Assembly (NCBI GenBank): GCA_031367385.1
Contig: JANLPS010000012.1
Coordinates: 1-51,828, forward strand
Length of the DNA: 51,828 nt
Direction of reading: 5' to 3'
Source of the DNA: Archangium sp.
GTDB taxonomy: Bacteria; Myxococcota; Myxococcia; Myxococcales; Myxococcaceae
A model generated the notes under the pieces. It made no database searches and was not told where the DNA came from. It saw nothing but the letters and a program-made list of their open reading frames with translations. Position 1 is the stretch's first letter; each line of letters opens with the position of its first letter. The position numbers and the translations under genes are program-made. Shown piece by piece: positions 49,444 through 51,828 of the stretch.

Positions 49444-51471
49444 CTAGAACCGAATCGAGCCCGAGATCATCACTTCGACGTTCTGACCGAAGTGCTTGAT
49501 CTTGCCGTCCGGGAACACGCTCTTCACCCCCACGCTCAGGTCGGAGTTCTTGCCCATGAACTTCACCGCGACCCCGATGGTGTCGATGGGCACCAGCTTG
49601 TGGTCGACCGTTCGGCCCTGCGCGACGATGCCGAAGTCGACCTTCCCGCTCCCGGGAGACACGGTGAGAATCGCGTGGTGCTCTTCGGTGGGCATGGTCT
49701 GCGAGTCGTACGGCTTCGAGAGCCGCGCCGCGCCACCCGCCTCGAAGCGGGTCACCGTGCCGTTGTCGGCCGTGTGCGTCAGCGCCATCGCGACCTCGGC
49801 GCGCCCGGCATCGGCACCCAGGCTTCGCACCGCGCTCTTGCCTCCGCTGGTGACCAGCTCGGTCGCGGCGTTGATCATGTCGGCCTGGTAGCGGCCCTTG
49901 ACCGCCCAATCGAGCGTCAGCTTGTCGCTCAGCTGCTCGCGGCCGCCAATGGTGCCATCGAGCCCGACCACGGCCTTCGAGTAGTCCGCCATCTCTCCAA
50001 TGGGCACCACGAAGCGGCCCTGCCCTGATGCCATCGGCAACCCAGCCTGCACATCGGCATCGCCGCCCGCGGTCACGGTCAGGTGCTGCCCGATGAGCTG
50101 CTTCTCTTTGGTCTCGAGCCGCCCATCGAGCTTCGCGCCGATGACGTAGGTTCGAAAGTCGACCCGATCTTCGAGGCCGCGCACTCCGGTGCGGGGGCTG
50201 ATGTTCGAGACCTCGGTGCCGACGCCGAGCGCCGCACGCACCCAGCCGCGGGTGTTCTCGCCTTCGAAATCTTTGTGGTAGTTGAGCTGCAACCCGCCGG
50301 TCATGCCGTTCTCGCTCTTCGGCCCGCTGTTGGCGGTGAGCGAGAGGCGGTCGGTCAAGAACACGGTGCCGGTCTTCGAGCCATCTGAGGTAGCGCTCGC
50401 GCGAACTTCGCCCTTGGTGCCCTCGCCAGGGTCGGCGGCGAACATCGTGTTGATGGTCTCGGCGCCCAGCACCTCGTGGTTGTTGATCACGGGCTTATCG
50501 TTCCACCCGCGCAGGGTGTAGCGCGTCACCCCGGGTATATCGCCGACCGTGTCTTGCATCGCGTCGAGCGCGGTGTCGCTGCCCAGCGCGTATCGCTTCG
50601 AGTACTCGAGCGAGTTCCACTTACCGGTGGCGGGGTCTTTGTAGACCATGAAGTCGTGGTACTCGGCGCCGGTGGCGAAGCCGACCGACTGCACGTCAGC
50701 CTCGCGGCCCGTCGGAGCGCCCGCTACCGTGACCCCTTGCGCGTTCTTGGTCGCGTTCATCAGCGAGGCCAGAATCGCCGCCGTCGCCGAGTGAATGTCG
50801 CGGCACACCCCTGAGCGCGAGCCCAACGTCTCATTGGGCGACTGCGTGGTGACCGAGCTGCCCTTGGCGCGTGCGGTGTTGTAGGCGATGCCCTGGTTGG
50901 TGTCGGCCACCCAGTTGAGCGCGTTGAGAATCGCGGTGCGGTTCTGCTCGGTGTTGCTCGCGTCGAACTTGCCGTACTTCTTGGCCAGCACGGCGGCGAC
51001 CTGCTGCGCGGCGTCGGGGGCGCCCGAGGCCAGAATCGCCTTCACCTCGGGTGGCGCATCGGCCTTGCCCACGCGAACCGAGTTGGGGTCGAGGTCTCGC
51101 TTGCCGCGGGTCACTGGCTGGCTCAGCGCGGCGGTGCCCAGGGCCAGGTTCGGTATCGCGTCGATGACGCTTCGGCCCGCGCTGGCGTTGTTGAGCGGTG
51201 AGCCCATATACGAGCCGCGGTTGCCGCCAGTGAGGTCGACCGGCTTCTTGGCTGCGGGGGCGCTCGAGCCTGACAGCGCCGCGGCGATGGTCGCTCCGTC
51301 GTCGAACGAGTCGAGAAAGCGCAGCGAGACCGGCTGATCTTCTTTCGCGTTCTTGACGATCGTCTCGATCGCCAGCCGGGTCTCCGGTTTGAGCGGAGCT
51401 CCCGCGTCGGCTTGCCGAAGCAGCGCGCGCAGTGATTCGAGCGACGTGGTGGTGTTCTGCACTGAAGCCAT
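49444..51471 (-). CDS. Transglutaminase-like domain protein with beta-strand-rich C-terminal half
   Basis: SPNETL...GVCRDIH and downstream HDF motifs; ends ISGSIRF; GAGG RBS before ATG 51471. Confidence 0.7.
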   Translation of the reverse strand: MASVQNTTTSLESLRALLRQADAGAPLKPETRLAIETIVKNAKEDQPVSLRFLDSFDDGATIAAALSGSSAPAAKKPVDLTGGNRGSYMGSPLNNASAGRSVIDAIPNLALGTAALSQPVTRGKRDLDPNSVRVGKADAPPEVKAILASGAPDAAQQVAAVLAKKYGKFDASNTEQNRTAILNALNWVADTNQGIAYNTARAKGSSVTTQSPNETLGSRSGVCRDIHSATAAILASLMNATKNAQGVTVAGAPTGREADVQSVGFATGAEYHDFMVYKDPATGKWNSLEYSKRYALGSDTALDAMQDTVGDIPGVTRYTLRGWNDKPVINNHEVLGAETINTMFAADPGEGTKGEVRASATSDGSKTGTVFLTDRLSLTANSGPKSENGMTGGLQLNYHKDFEGENTRGWVRAALGVGTEVSNISPRTGVRGLEDRVDFRTYVIGAKLDGRLETKEKQLIGQHLTVTAGGDADVQAGLPMASGQGRFVVPIGEMADYSKAVVGLDGTIGGREQLSDKLTLDWAVKGRYQADMINAATELVTSGGKSAVRSLGADAGRAEVAMALTHTADNGTVTRFEAGGAARLSKPYDSQTMPTEEHHAILTVSPGSGKVDFGIVAQGRTVDHKLVPIDTIGVAVKFMGKNSDLSVGVKSVFPDGKIKHFGQNVEVMISGSIRF

Positions 51472-51587
51472 AGGTGACCTCGAACGCACCGAGTTACTCC
51501 GGCCCGCGTGGCCAGACAACTCAGGCGCGCATTCTCAGGCGGTGAGAATACCCAGATCTGCCAAAAATGACGGTTTGGCGAGCCGAT

Positions 51588-51828
51588 TCACGGCACAGCG
51601 AGCGCACGATCGAGAAAGCCGGCCAATACCGTCACATACTCCGCGTGGTCGGAGGATTCGCCGTGCTCGGCTCCGTGAAAGACGTGCAGTTCTTTGATGG
51701 GTGAATTGGAGGCAGCGAGCAGCTTCTGCGAGAACGCGAGTGGCGTGATGTGGTCGGCGTCACCCACGGTCAGCAGAAGGGGCGTCTGCAGCTGCGCCAG
51801 ATCTCGCTCGGCATCGAGCGCCGCCATG
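51588..51828 (-). CDS. Partial alpha/beta hydrolase (C-terminal part)
   Basis: PLLLTVGDADHITP and GAEH motifs; truncated by the window edge. Confidence 0.8.
   Translation of the reverse strand, partial: MAALDAERDLAQLQTPLLLTVGDADHITPLAFSQKLLAASNSPIKELHVFHGAEHGESSDHAEYVTVLAGFLDRALAVP

Overview
High-GC bacterial DNA, most likely from a myxobacterium (Myxococcota): it has a DUF2378/TIGR02265 gene, a CglB-like VWA lipoprotein and many Cys-rich lipoproteins with DAG/DGG linkers. I call about 37 CDSs; no rRNA, tRNA, CRISPR array or transposase is visible. Housekeeping-type genes include manC, a PMM/PGM, a ROK kinase, sthA, a Nudix hydrolase, LOG, an RNB nuclease, a metallophosphoesterase and a dienelactone hydrolase. 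Three accessory systems stand out. (1) 46166-49369: a LysR gene divergent from an internally duplicated lipoprotein with two CYxxPC motifs, followed by a divergent DUF692/MNIO enzyme fused to a partner-like domain; this is a candidate new protein- or peptide-modification system. (2) 19002-27548: a three-gene export operon encoding a ~1760-aa lipoprotein with a coiled coil, hydrophobic hairpin and TcA-like C-terminus, a Cys-rich lipoprotein and a fibre-like protein, with no TcB/TcC; this is a candidate surface-anchored pore-forming or predation device. (3) 28655-38637: a yfa/mag-type alpha-2-macroglobulin operon that keeps a CIEQ thioester motif and encodes a HExxH + SxxK/SxN/KTG + SpoIID-like fusion. 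Also present are an S9 peptidase lacking its catalytic Ser and His, and a REP-like palindrome family, one copy of which sits in frame at the start of a gene. All family calls come from reading motifs by eye; no database searches were run.
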